64,000 nucleotides of DNA from Felis catus (Eukaryota), in assembly GCF_018350175.1 (NCBI RefSeq), contig NC_058368.1, positions 186,312,001 through 186,376,000 on the forward strand, given 5' to 3'. The stretch's first letter is position 1, and each line of letters opens with the position of its first letter. The translations under genes and the position numbers were made by a program. Below are positions 1 to 13,857 of this stretch, one piece after another. The notes beneath the pieces are model-generated. The model saw nothing but the letters and a program-made list of their open reading frames with translations, did not search any database and had not been told where the DNA came from.

Positions 1-941
1 AAGTCCATTAACTACTTCAGAGAGGTCTATGGATGATGATGATGATGGTGATGCTCACATGGCTTCAGGAACAGGTTATTTCTTGCAAGCTCTTGATTCT
101 GCCCCCAGGCTGTTGCTGCTGTGATGACCCTCATGAATACACATGTCTGAAGCATTTAGTGACTGTCCCACTCTTCTCCTTTCATGAGCTCAGTGGATAA
201 GACCCCTCTTTCCACTTTTCTAGTCCACCCCAAGCATAGAGAAAGACCTTCCATTCTGTTCACCATTGTTACTGAAACTCCCAGACTGTAACTTCTCATG
301 AGAATTTACCAAAAGCTTGAGATAATAAGAGGGAAATATAACACATAGACTAAATTACAGCTTCTCCGCATGAGCTCTGCCTTAGTTTCTTCTCTGTGTT
401 GCTCTGGGCCATCTTCACATATCCAGAGGAAATTCAACCTCCACTCCCTCCATGGGCAACATTCTAAGATTGTCCATGCTCTGGAATGGTTCTTACCTCC
501 TACACAGAGAGAGGAAGAGGAAGTTTTTTCTCACTAGTGTCTGAGGATCATATTCTGGATTTCCATTTTTCTGCCCCACGTATGACCTCTTCTTAAGATA
601 GATATCTGACAATGAAAAATGTCATTGGTTAGAATAAAAAAAATCCTGTCCATAGTCATTCACATGGTTTTCTGACATTAGTACTTCTATTGGACTTATT
701 ATTTAATCAGACTTAAATAAAATTATGTATGGGACATAAAGAGTATAATTTAGATAGACCAAAACAAGCTAATGCCAAACAAGCTTGCAAACATTTGGGG
801 GATCTTGAATCACTGTGGTTCACCCAATGGGAGTCCACTAATATGAAATTTATGGGCTTTGTAGGGTAGTTATCCTGATGTTTTCCTTTTATCAAAAAAT
901 GAAAAAAAGATTTTTGAATCAAAGTATTAGAAATGTGTTGC

Positions 942-3675
942 CTATTTCAAGAAGCAAGAAAATTTTCAAAATACAAAACATAAGCTTACACCTAAAGGGA
1001 GCTAGAAAAAGAACAACAAATGAAGCCTAAATCCACAAGAAAAAGATAAATAGTAAAGATTAGAGCAGAAATAAATAATATATATATCAACAAATAAGCA
1101 AACAACAAAACAACAACAACAAAAACCCCAGCAGAATATATGAAACCAGGAGATGGTTCTTTCAAAAAATTAATAAAATTAATAAATCCCTAGCCAGACA
1201 TAACAAAAAGTAAAGAGAAATAACCCAAATAGATAAAATCATGAATGAAAAAGGAGAAATCACAACCAACACCACATAAATACAAACAATTATAAGAAAA
1301 TATTATGAAAAATTATATGCCAAAAATTAGGCAATTTGTAATAAATGGATAAATTCCTAGAAACATATAAACTACCAAAACTGAAAAAGGAAGAAATACA
1401 AAACCTGATCAGACCAATAATCTGCAAAGAATCTGAATAAGTAATAAAAAATCTCCCAACAAACCAAAGTTCAGGGCCAGATGGCTTCCCAGGGGAAATC
1501 TAACAAACATTTAAAGAAGAGTTAATACATATTCTTCTCAAACTACCCCCAAAAACAGAAATGGAAGAAAAACTTCCAAATTCATTCTACATGGCCAACA
1601 TTACCTTGATTCTACACCACACAAAGACCCTATTGAAAAAGAGAATAATAGGTCAATATCCCTGATGAACATGGATGCAAAAATATTCAACAAAATACTA
1701 GAAAATTGAATCTAATAGTATATTAAAGAATCATTCACCATAATAAAATAGGGTTTATTCCAAAATTGCAAGATGAGTCAATATTTGCAAATCAATCACT
1801 ATGATACGCAACATTAATAAAAGAAAGGACAAGAACCATATCATCCTCTCGACAGATGCAGAAAATGCAATTGACAAACTACAGCATCCATTCTTGGTAA
1901 AAACCCTCAACTAAGTAGGGATAGAGGGTACCTCAATATCATAAAAGCCATATATAAAAAACCCACAGCTAATATCATCATCAATGGGAAAAAAATGAGA
2001 GTTTTCCATTCTCAACACTATTATTTAACATAGTACTGAAAGTGCTAGCCTCAGCATTTGACAACAAAAAGAAATAAAAGGTATTCAAATTAGCAAGGAA
2101 GAAGTCAAACTTTCACTGTTTGTAGACAACGTGATACTCTGAGTAAAAAACTTAAAAGACACCCAAAACTGCTAGAACTGATACACAAATTCAGTAAAGT
2201 TGTAGGATACAAAATCAATGTAAAGAAATGTGTTGCATTTCTATACACCAATAATGAAGAAGGAGAAAGAGAAGTCAAGGAATCCAACCCATTTATAACT
2301 TTACCAAAACCCATAACATACCTAGGAATAAACCTAACCAAAGAGGCAAATATCTGTACTCTGAAAAATACTTATGAAAGAAATTGAAGATGATATGAAG
2401 AAATGGAAAAGCATTCCATGCTCAGGGTTGGAAGAACAAATATTGTTAAAATGTCTATTCTACTCAAAGAAATCTACACATTTAATGCAATCCCTATCAA
2501 AATATTACCAGCATTTTTCGCAGAGCTAAAACAATCTTAAAATTTGTATGGAACCACAAATGACGCAAATAGCCAAAGCAATCCCGAAGAAAGAAAAATA
2601 AAGCTGAAGGCATCACAATTCCGACTTCAAGTTATATTTCAAAACTGTAAGGATCAAGACAGTATGTTACTGGCACAAAAACAGATACATTGATCAATGG
2701 AACAGAATAGAAAATCCAGATATGGACACACAACTGTATGGTCAACTAATCTTTGACAAAGCTGGAAAGAATATCCACTAGAAAAAGTCTCTTCAACAAA
2801 TGCTGCTGGGAAAATTGGACAGCAACATGCAAAAGACTGAAATTGGACCACTTTCTCACAATATACACAAAACACAAGTTCAAAATGGATTAAATACCTA
2901 AATGTGAGACAGGACACCTTCAAAATCCTGGAGGAGAACATGGGCAGCAACCTCTTTGACATCTGCCAGAGCAACTTGTTACTAGATACATCTCTGGAGG
3001 CAAGAGAAACAAAAGCAAACATAAACTATTGGGAGCTCATCAAGATAAAAACCTTCTGCACAACAAAGGAAACAGTCAATAAAACTAAAAGGCAATCTTC
3101 AGAATGGGAAAAGATATTTGCAAATGACATATTTGATAAAGGGTTAGTATCCAAAATCTATAAAGAACTTATGAAACTCAACACCTAAAAAACAAATAAT
3201 CCAGTGAAGAAATGGGCAAAAGACGTGAATAGACGCTTCTCCAAAGAAGACATCCAGATGGCCAACAGACACATGAAAAGATGCTCAACATCACTCATCA
3301 TCAGGAAACTACAAATCACAACTGGAATGAGATATCACCTCACACTTGTTAGAATGGCTAAAATTAACAACATAGGAAACAACAAATATTGGTGAGGTTG
3401 TGGAGAAATGAGAACCCTCTTACATTGTTGGTGGGAATGCAAACTGGTACAGCCACTCTGGAAAACAGTATGGAAGTTCCTCAAAAAGTTAAAAATAGAA
3501 CTACCCTATGATCCAGCAATTATTTGCACTACTATTTGTGCCTCCAAAGAATACAAAAATACTGATTTGAAGGGATATATTCACCCCAATGTTTATAGCA
3601 GCATGATCAATAATATCCCAATTATTGAAACAGCCCAAATCTCCATTTACTTATGAGTGGATAAAGAAGATGTGG

Positions 3676-3727
<52 letters not shown>

Positions 3728-4146
3728 CGAATATTACTCAGCCATAAAAAAAGAATGAAATATTGCCATTTGCAATGACATGGATGGAGCTAGAGACTAT
3801 TATACTAAGCAAAGTCAGTCAGTCAGAGAAGGATAAATACCATATGATTTGACTCATACATGGAATTTGAGGAGCAAAACAGATGAACATGGGGGAAAAA
3901 AGAGAGAGGCAAACCATCATACAGACTCCTAACTACAAAGAACAAACTGAGGGTTGCTGGAGGGATGTGAACAGGGTGGGGGATGGGTTAAAAGGGTAAT
4001 AAGTATTAAGGAAGGCACTTGTGATAAGCACGAGGTGTTGTTTGTAAGTGATGAATCATTCATTATATTCTACACCTGAAACTAATATTACACTGTATGT
4101 TAACTAACTGGAATTTAAATAAAAACTTGAAACATGAGGAAAAAAA
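942..4146 (+). mobile_element. 5'-truncated carnivore LINE-1 (decayed ORF2, 3' UTR, A-tail)
   Basis: ORF2 fragments ([35 protein letters not shown]); many stops; target-site duplication AGAAATGTG(T/C)TGC at 929-941 and 4147-4159. Confidence 0.95.
3680..3724. repeat. (TA)n microsatellite within L1
   Basis: Direct reading. Confidence 0.95.
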
Positions 4147-5056
4147 AGAAATGTGCTGCAAGAGAAATATAATCTGATAAATAAAAACTTTTTTCTTAGC
4201 CCTTTTTACTTCCATTACATAAAAATTTTTTGTAGTTGTTCAGGCACATTTATACATCCTGGCCACTTGGCAACATTTTGAGGTGAGTCTGAGTTTTATT
4301 TACTGAAAAATATCAAACTTTTAATTTCAAATAATTTTAAATGGAAATAATGGCCTAATACATCTACAGTGAATTAACCAGGATTTTTGTCTTAATTCTT
4401 CTCAATCCAGTACATCTGTAAAATAACTCTCAAGATTTACAAAGAAGTTATGGATTCTAATCAACTACAAATTACCTGTGTTGTGAGGAATCAAATAAAT
4501 AGCATGGATTAATAGAACCCTCAGGAAATCCAAACACCACATTTTAGCGAATAAATTCATGTGAACTGCTAAGAGGTGGCCAGAATGATTGATTTAATAT
4601 TGATTTATTTTTCCTTACTCTAAAAAAAGTTATATAAAATGTTTTAGAATATATAAAGGGGAAAACAAGAGAAGCTTTCATGACAATAGGCATACATACA
4701 CAAACACATGCACAAGATACACACATTTTTGTGGAAGAGGGTTCTTGTCCTTGAAATTGGCTATTGTATATAAATAAGTACAAACTCTCAGCTTGAAAAT
4801 TTGGCAATGGTGTTAACATGTTAGCATATTTCACACTTTTTTTCAACCAGGAAATCTATGTCTAGAATATATGCTAAAAAACCATCATGGCTGTGGGCAA
4901 AAATCTAGCAACAACAACAAAATTATAGCATGTGTACTTTCCATGAATACAGAACATACATCAGTTTTGTTTACCATTATATCTCCAAAACCTTATATAG
5001 TACCTAAAAACATTTGGCCCATAGTCAACATATATTTATATTTTTATGTTATATAA

Positions 5057-5122
5057 TGTGTGTGTGTGTGTATAATGTGTATATATGTGTATATATAATG
5101 TGTATATATGTATGTGTGTGTG

Positions 5123-5164
<42 letters not shown>

Positions 5165-5174
5165 GAGAGAGAGA
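5057..5174. repeat. Compound (TG)/(TA)/(CA)/(GA) microsatellite
   Basis: Direct reading. Confidence 0.9.
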
Positions 5175-5189
5175 AAAAAATGCCATCAA

Positions 5190-6075
5190 AATAATAAGAT
5201 TTATTCAGAATCAATGGTATTAAGTATTGAAGATACTAGAGAATAAAAGAACAAAGTAAAAATCATGAGTAATATATAACAAAACTTTTTCAAACAGAAA
5301 TGACATATTGCAATATATGGCTGGTAGAATTTCTAAAAAGAGAAAGCAGAGATTGTAAAGTCAATATTCAAGAGGATAATTGTTATAATTATCCACAGTT
5401 GATGGAAAACAAGAGAGGGGAATTAATAGGAGTAAGACCATACAAAGACACAATGTAGTGAAACTTCAGAGCAACATGAACAAATAATAAAATTGTTGAA
5501 GCATCAGAAAGAGAAAAAATGCATAATTTCCTTAGAGTGACTAAAAAATGAAAAGAAAATACATATATATATAAATGATATATAATTTTACATATAATAC
5601 ATTTGGAAACTTAAATAGATAACAAATACCAAAACTAACTAGAGAAGGAAAAGAAAATCTGAATACACTAACCATTGAACAATGTGAATCCATAGCTGAA
5701 AATCAACCCATGATATCAACAATATCAGATCTAGATAGATTTATAGAAAATTCTTCCAAATTTCAATGGAAAGAATAATTTGTATCTCAAACAAAATATT
5801 AAGGATCATAGAAAAATGGGAAATATTCCCAAATCACCTTATGAGGCACAAATAAAACCGATGACAATGCAAGGCAAGAATGGTATGAAGAATAGTTATG
5901 GTCCAACCTTACTTGTAACATAAACACAAAATTCCTGAAATGAAAAGATTAAAAATCAAATTATCTCAATTGCTGCAGGAAAAAAAAAAACATTTTATAA
6001 AATTCGAACCAGTCATTATAAGGATTCTTTCAAAATTAAGATTTGAGGACATTTTTAATCTGGTAAAAAATGCAT
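5190..6075 (+). mobile_element. Ancient, heavily decayed L1 fragments
   Basis: A-rich sequence with L1-like motifs (aaataccaaaactaactagagaagg; attcccaaatcaccttatgaggc). Confidence 0.55.
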
Positions 6076-6267
6076 CAAATACTTCGTGTTCTTGCTCCCA
6101 AACCTCTCAGATTTTGTCAACTGCTGCATCATCTCGTTTTTTGAAGATCTAACTTGATAAGAATTCTTTTTATCTCCAATGTATATTTCTCACCTTCTGT
6201 TCTAAAGTTTCTCTGATGTCATGGGTTAAACACTTACAAGAATTTACTTGGCACTGACATATCTTAA

Positions 6268-7603
6268 TCCTGGGATTGCTGGATCATATGGTAGCTCAGC
6301 TTTTAATTTTCTGAGGAACCATCATACCGTCTTCCACAATGGCTGAACCAATTTACATTCCCACCAGCAGTACAGTAGGATTTCCTTTTCTAGGCACCCT
6401 TACCAGCATTTGCTGTCTATTGTCATTTTGATACCAGCCATTCTAACAGCTGTAAGGCAACATCTCATTGTGGTTTTGAGTAGCACTTCCCTGATGATTA
6501 GTGATGTTGAGCACCTTTTCATATACATTTTGATCACTTGTGTGCCTTCTTTGGAATAGTATCTTTTCAGTTCCCCTGCCATATTTTAACTAGATTATTT
6601 ACATTTTTTTTCCTTTTGAGTTGTATGAGTAATTTATATATGTTAGATATTAACACCTCATCGGATATATGGCCTGTGAATATTTCCCCCCGTTGTGTAT
6701 GTTGCCTTTTCAATTTATTGTTTCCTTTGGGGTACAGAAACTCTTTAGTTTTATGTAGTGCCCTTGTTTTACTTTTTGTTATCTCTGCTTTGTGTGGCTT
6801 ATCCAGGAAATCCTTGATGACACTAATGTCAAATGTCCTTTTCCTTATGTTTTCTTCCCCCTTTGGAATTTTGTGATTTCAGGTGTTATATTTAAGCCAT
6901 TGATCCATTCTGATTTAATTTTTGTGAGTGGTATGTGTCCAGTTTCATTGTTTTGCATATGGATATCCACTTTTTCCCATTGTGTGTTCTTAGTACTACT
7001 GTCAAAAATTAGTTGTATGGGTTTGTGTCTGAATTCTCTATTCTGTTCCATTGGTCTATGCTTCTTTTTTTTTAATGCCAGTATTATACTGTTTAGATTA
7101 GCTTTGTAATATACCTTGAAATCAGGAAGTATGGTGCCTTCATCTTTGTTCATTCTTAGGATTGCTTTGGCTTTTCAGGGTCCTCTGTAGTTCCACACAA
7201 ATGTTAGAAGAATTTTCTTTCTATTTCTATGAAAATGACATTGGAATTTTCATAGGGATTGCATTGAATCTACAGATTGCTTTGAGTACTATAGACATTT
7301 TCTCAATATAAATTCTAATCCAGGAACACAGGATATTTTTCATTTATTTGTGTCTTCTTCAATCTCTTTCATCAATGTCTTATAGTTTTCAGTGTACTTG
7401 AATCCTTCATCTCCTTTGTTAAATACATTCCAAAGTATTTTATTGTTTTTGATAGTATCATAAATGAGATTGCTTTCTACTTCCTCTTTCAGATAGTTTC
7501 TTGTTAGTGTATAAAAATGCAACTGAGTTCTGTATGTTGATTTTGTATCCTACAACTTTATTGAATTCCTTTTTTAATTAGTTTATTTATTATTTACTAA
7601 TCC

Positions 7604-7645
<42 letters not shown>

Positions 7646-8287
7646 AGTGGAGTTTTAGAGTTTTTTGTATATAAGATCAAGGACAACTTTCCTGGGTAAT
7701 GTGTTCTCATTTGGATTTTGTTTGTTTGTTTGAACACTTTGAATATATCATCACATTCTCTTCTGGCCTACAAGGCTTCTGCTGAGAAATGAGCTCATTG
7801 CCTTATTGGGATTCCCGTATATGTAATAAGTCTTTTTTCTCTTAGTGCTTTCAAAATTCTCCCTTTGTCTTTGCTTTTTGAGAGCTTGATTATAATGTGT
7901 CTCAGTGAAGATCTCTTTGGCTTATATCTGTTTGGGGATCTGTGAACTGCATGTACCTGGATGACCATAATTCCCCCCAGATTTATGTTGCTATTTACAG
8001 ATTTGAGGGCACAATTATTTCTTCTGGCCTTTTTGGGCTTGCTTCAGTGGGGAAAGTATTTAGCTGAAGGTAGCTACAAGGATACCAGCTAGATGGGATA
8101 CAGTGTCTTAGGTGCCTAAGAGATGCAGTGATGTAATCTTCATTTAATTCCATCAGCTGAGGTCAGCATTAGTGCAATCACTGGGGCGGCCATGATTGTG
8201 GCCATTGATTGTGGAGGACCTGTGAGTGGTCGTGGTGGATAAGGCTATTAAGCTCCTCAGAGGCTACAAGTCTTAGGCTTTTCCCAT

Positions 8288-8318
<31 letters not shown>

Positions 8319-9362
8319 GTGGGAGAAAGTTCTCACTGAGGGGAACTCTCATGGTTCCTTAACTGGCATGTTGGGACTCAGACCAGTAGCAGAACTAGGG
8401 TCCTGGAATAAGGTACATACAAAATTACCACAGTACTGGGGCCTGGGACACAGGCACACTTACTGCAGTAATGACACTAATGTCTGAATTGTGGGTCTGT
8501 GCAGATCTCTCATGGAACTAGGTTTTGGATTTCCGGGGCTCACTGCAGTGACTGATATTAGCAGTGGAAAGCAGAAGGGTGACAAAGTGCAGTAGTAGCT
8601 TGAACCAAGGGGGCACAGTGAAGTAGCAACATGGCCTGGTACTAGTGGGTATCAGTGCTAGGTCCAGGTGGGAGGGGGAGGAGTTATAAGACAACAGCTT
8701 ATCTCCAGTTGTAGTCCATGAAAGCCACATATCAGGGCACTGAGAGCAGTGCCAAGATCACTGACAGTGTGGCTGGCCAATGACACATCAGAAAGATATG
8801 ACCTGAGACCCAGGAGATGGATTTTAGGACAATAGTAACTCTGGTCCTGTCTATGTCTAAGCACTATGGCAACTTGATCCCAAAAGGTGGTGCAGAGCCA
8901 TGACTGTGGACCCTAGTGCCAGGTCTCACTGTAGTAACAGCTCCAGCCCTGGGAATTCTATGCAGTGGGGGCAACCCCAAGTGACTTCATCATCTGGGAT
9001 CAGCATTGGTTTAGATTGTAGAAGACATTGGTAGCAAATGCTGCAAATGTCTACAGGGGTAAGGTTTGCAGGGATTCTTCTGTTCTTTGCTCTGTGGGAT
9101 GAAATTTCTCGTGGGGATACCTTCTTGTGCTGAGCTGCACTGAACTGGGGGATCGTGTGAACAGGTGAAATGTTTCCTGCACTTTTCTCTGTGGTCATCT
9201 TCAGTCTTTGAGCTCTGCAGGATTTTTGCTGCTTCCTCCTTATAGTTCAAAGCTTTTGCTGAGCTATTTTTGTCAATTTGTTTTTGTTTATTTATTCAAT
9301 TTGTTGCTTTTTGGGGGAAGTTGAGCATTGAAATCTCCTAGACCTCCATTTTTCTGACCTCC
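6268..9362 (-). mobile_element. Old L1, minus strand: ORF2 3' part (about 6268-7680), ORF1 fragment (about 7690-7990) and 5' UTR (about 8000-9362), with large internal deletions
   Basis: Minus-strand ORFs [24 protein letters not shown] and [16 protein letters not shown] are L1 ORF2 motifs; ORF1-like and GC-richer UTR-like sequence lie to the right. Confidence 0.8.
7607..7642. repeat. (TG)n microsatellite
   Basis: Direct reading. Confidence 0.95.
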
Positions 9363-10410
9363 TAACCCTCCATTTACTTTGAGACGTTTTTGAAAATTAG
9401 AAATCAGATAAGACTATGTACACAGAAGTAAAAAGTGAATAAATCATTGTTCAAAATTTGTGAAGAATTTATACTCAAAGCCAAATTCTATGACAAGGAG
9501 GAGACCATAGTGCATCCAACTCAGTGATTATTTGAGTAACACCTTCAGAACAGTCATGTTTATTGACCAATTTCCCCTACTAGGATAAACACAAAGAAAC
9601 ATTTGTGATTACCTACAGGCTAAAGTAGTGGGTTGAATACTGTATCTACAAAGGTGTGGTAGTACTCTTTGGCTTTTGACCTAGAGGAGTGATGCAGAAT
9701 GCCAACACCTATGATTAAAACAATCAGAGCACACCTCCCAATAACACATTCTGTTCTTCCCAATCACTAGAGATGGGTTTGGGAACAGAAACTGAAACCA
9801 GATTCAGGAAAAGTAGAATCTCAAATAGAAAGGTGATCACACCAGTAGAAATAAAAAATAATTTTTAGGGAGGAAAATAAAAATAGGAACAAGAGACATC
9901 TCATTCACAAAAAAAAGAATAAAGATTTGAGGAGAGTGTTATTAGAGCAAAACAACAGAAACTTTGAAAAGACATGCAGCATCCAGGAAATAACAGAGAA
10001 CACCAAAGCAGTAAATACAAGTGGAAAATTATTGTATTATGTCATTAGTTGCTTATTTGTTTATAATTTGGTATTCTAAAATGCAGTTAGGTATGCTAAC
10101 ATTAAAATATGTTAATTAAAGTAAAAACTCGATAGATGGACTAGAGCCCATTAGTTATAAAGAGAATTAGTGGTGTTGAAGATTGAGTCCTGGGAATCCT
10201 TCAGGAAAAAATAAAATCCCCAAATAAAAAGAACCTGAAAAGTTACAGAAAATTAAGAATGATGAAGTCTCAAATCTCCAACATCATTTGGTGTTCCAGA
10301 AGGAAAGGTCAAGAATAAAGAGGAAGATAAGTAAGTGGCTGCTTTCTCTGTGTCAATTCTAGAGAGACTACAGAAGCTAAAACAAATAAACAAAAAACAA
10401 AAACAAAAAC

Positions 10411-10412
<2 letters not shown>

Positions 10413-10456
<44 letters not shown>
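10413..10456. repeat. (CA)n microsatellite
   Basis: Direct reading. Confidence 0.95.
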
Positions 10457-10459
<3 letters not shown>

Positions 10460-11706
10460 CCCAAAGTGAAAAACCATTGAGCTATGGATCCGAAGAGCTT
10501 AAGAAAAGACTGAAAACCTTGGAGAAAGGAAGAAGCTGTGTTCTGCTATAAAAAAGGAACATCAGTTTGGACATAGGAAATTAGAAAATCAACTATGAGA
10601 TTTTTTTTTTAATTTTTAAAATTATGTAAAGATAAAACTAGAAAAAAAAGTTTGTGTGCCACTTTATTTTTCAAATATTATCTACCTGCTTTATAAACCT
10701 TCCACACACACTTTTAGAATTTTTGCTAGAGTACTTCAACTCCTTTTGACTCCTGTACTATAGTATGAATCTTGAATAAATACTTTTTTTCACTGCAATG
10801 CCATTATCATATATAACAAAATAATTATAGTTCTTTTGGTAACATCAAATAACCAGTCCATATTCAAATTTCTTTATTGTCATAAAACTTTCTGAGTGTC
10901 ATTTTTTAAAATTAGGTTCCAAACAATTTCCATATTGCATTTGAATGTCATATCTCTTAACTGTTTTTTTTTAATTTAACTTTTGCTTCGAGATAATTAT
11001 TGATTCACATTCAGTTACACAATATAAGACAGAGAAAAATGGGTGTGGCCACAAAAGGGCAACATGATTGATCTTTGTGGTGATGAAAATGTTCTATATT
11101 TTGTTTCTAATGTCAGTATTCTGGTTGTAACATTGTACTATAGAGTTACAAAATGATTCCAATTGAGGAAACTTGTATTACTTATATTATTTGGTATAAC
11201 TGAATGTATTCAGTCAGTATTTTTTTTCAAGATTGCTTTAGTTATTCTAGTTCATTTTCACAGGGAAGTTGATCTTGACATTCTTGAACTACTGAACAAA
11301 TGCCGGAATTTAACTTTTTCAGACCTAATATATGGAAAAAAAAACCCTCTTAATGTCGATTTTTGTAATTAACAGAAAATTCGTCTAATGAATTTCGAAC
11401 AGAAAATTCGTCTAAATGAAAACAAATACTAGCGCGCCATACATTAAGATGTAACCTGAGAACCATAGTCAGCAAAATAATTGTAGTAGTGGGAAAGCAA
11501 TAAGTTAAATACACCAGACAGATAAGAGGGTAGAAAAAAAGACTTACAAATATATGAGAACCTGACATACAACAAGGATAATATCAAAAGACAAGTTCTG
11601 GAACAAAATGGCATAAATTCACTTTTTCCTGATCTTCCCCTTTGAATACTACACAATACTCTGGAAATAATTCAATAATTCAATCATAAAAGTACTCCCT
11701 TTTTTA

Positions 11707-11912
11707 GGAGCACCAGGGTGGCTCAGTTGGTTAAGTATCTGACTTTGGCCCAGGTCATGATCTTGTGGTCTGTGTGTTCAAGCTCTGTGTTGGGCTTTGT
11801 GCTGACAACTCAGAGCCTGGAGCCTGCTTCAGATTCTGTGTCTCCCTCTCACTCTGCCCATCCCTCGCTCACACTCTGTTTCTCTCTCTCTCTCTCAAAA
11901 ATAAACATTAAA
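11707..11912 (+). mobile_element. Can-SINE (tRNA-derived carnivore SINE)
   Basis: GGTGGCTCAGTTGGTTAAG head, (CT)n, AATAAA/A-tail. Confidence 0.93.
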
Positions 11913-11934
11913 ATTTTTTTTTAAAAAACTATCT

Positions 11935-12140
11935 TTTTTAATGTTTATTTATTTATTTTGAGATTGAGAGAGAGAGAGAAAAAGAGAGAGAGAACAAGTG
12001 GGGGAGGGAGAGAGAGAGAGGGAGAGCAAGAATTCCCAAGCAAGCTCCATGCTGTCAGCACAGAGCCCAACATGGGGCTCAATCTCATGAACCGTCAGAT
12101 CATGACCTAAGCTGAAAGCAAGAGTAAGACACTTAACCAA
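11935..12140 (-). mobile_element. Can-SINE, 5'-truncated, tail-to-tail with the previous copy
   Basis: ttttttaatgtttatttattt...gagagagag...catgacct...cttaacc. Confidence 0.9.
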
Positions 12141-12791
12141 AAACCCATAAAAGAACTCTTAATGATGGATTGAAGAAAGTAAACTGGCCAGAAACTATTG
12201 GACCTGAAGAATGACACTAGTGAGTTTTCCATATATTCTAGACTGACTGCCAGAGAGTCCTACAACCCAGAGCTGCCAAAAGTCATATAAAACAAGCAAG
12301 CGAGCAAAAAGCAAACAAACAGTAGACTCTCTATGCAAAGGATCAACAAAAGGTAAGCCCAGATGTGACTTAATGAGGAGATCTATACACAATGGCAGTG
12401 GTGGGCCTGATCTGCCTGCAGCAACAGTACTAGTAGAGCCCAGATGAGCTATTCTATCCCATGCCCAACAGCTGCCAGCAGCCACAGTCCTGATCTTCCT
12501 GTGGTGGTGATACCAGTAGAACTCAGAGATAATCACATACCCTTCCCCATACCTGCTGACAGCTGTTCACCTGATCTGCCTACAGGAATGGCAATAGTTG
12601 AACCTGTGCTAGCTACCTTGTATTCTGCCCCACACACAAGAACAAAGTAGACCAGAAAAGTATTGCAAGGGCTTAGAAAACTAAATCATCATTGGAACTA
12701 TATCCCACAAAAGCAGACTAAAACTTACACACTCAATCTAAAGAGGGTGTTCAATCTAAAGAGGATGGATTCTTGTTAAAATATAAGGTTT

Positions 12792-12915
12792 AGGGATACC
12801 TGGGTGGCTCAGTTAGTTAGACATCTGACTTCGGCTCAGGTCATGATCTCGAAGTTTGTGGGTTTGGGCCCCACATCAGGCTCTGTGCTGACAGCTCAGA
12901 GACTGGAGCCTGCTT
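12792..12915 (+). mobile_element. Can-SINE 5' half
   Basis: gggatacctgggtggctcagttagttag...ggagcctgctt, no tail. Confidence 0.85.
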
Positions 12916-13857
12916 ATCATGCCAGCTATCAAAAAATCAACAAGTTAAATAATAAATTATAATAAATTGGTGCCAATAAGGAAATTAACCAGATATTGAA
13001 ATTACCCAGTAATGATTTTTTTTAATTCATCACAAAATTGTCTCAATAGAACCTTTGTATTTCTTTGAAACAAATAAAAAAAACCTCAGCAAAGAAATAT
13101 TTTATTTAAAAAAATTCAGACTATAGATATAACAAATAAAATAACTGAAATAAAAATAAAAACTTGCTCAATATAAATTTAATTAAACAATACAATAACC
13201 TAAATAAAAAATGGATGAGCTCAGTAAAACAGTAGAGATGACAATGACAGAGTTGGTAAACTTTGAGGATAGGTCAACAGAACATTCATCATGTAAACAA
13301 AGAGAGAAAATAGACTGGATAAAAAACGAACAGAGACTTGGGAACTGTAAAAATAACAGAAGAGCTAACATATGTATCACTGGGGTCCCAGAAGAAGAGG
13401 AGAAAGGATATGTAGTTGAAACATTATTCAAGATAATAATTGCTGAATCTTTGTAGATTTAGAGCAAGACATAAGTCTATAACACAAGAAGCTGAAGGAA
13501 TCATAAATAAGATTAACTCAAAAAATCCATGCCAAGACACACCAGAATTAAACTTTTGGAATCTGAAAACAAAGAAAAAAGCTTAAAAGCAACTAGATAT
13601 AAATGATTATTACCTATAGAGGAAATTAATTTGACTGAAAGCCAGTTTCTCATCTGAAATCATGGATGATGGAAGGAAGGAACACAAATTTTTCATGTGC
13701 TGAAAACAAAAAAACTGTCAGTAACTTTTATACCCAAAGAAACTATCCTTCATGAATGAAGAGGAAATCAAAACATTCTTAGGTTTAAAACACAACAAAA
13801 ACAATTAAGAGAACTGTTTGCTAGCAAAACTATTCTTTAAGAATGACAAAAGGAAAA

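Noticed and set aside
2105..3656. ORFs of 63-122 aa with reverse-transcriptase-like content
   Set aside because: Broken pieces of one dead L1 ORF2 and their antisense shadows, not independent genes.
12733..12764. TCAATCTAAAGAGG repeated at 18-bp spacing
   Set aside because: Simple local duplication in decayed L1 sequence, no sign of function.
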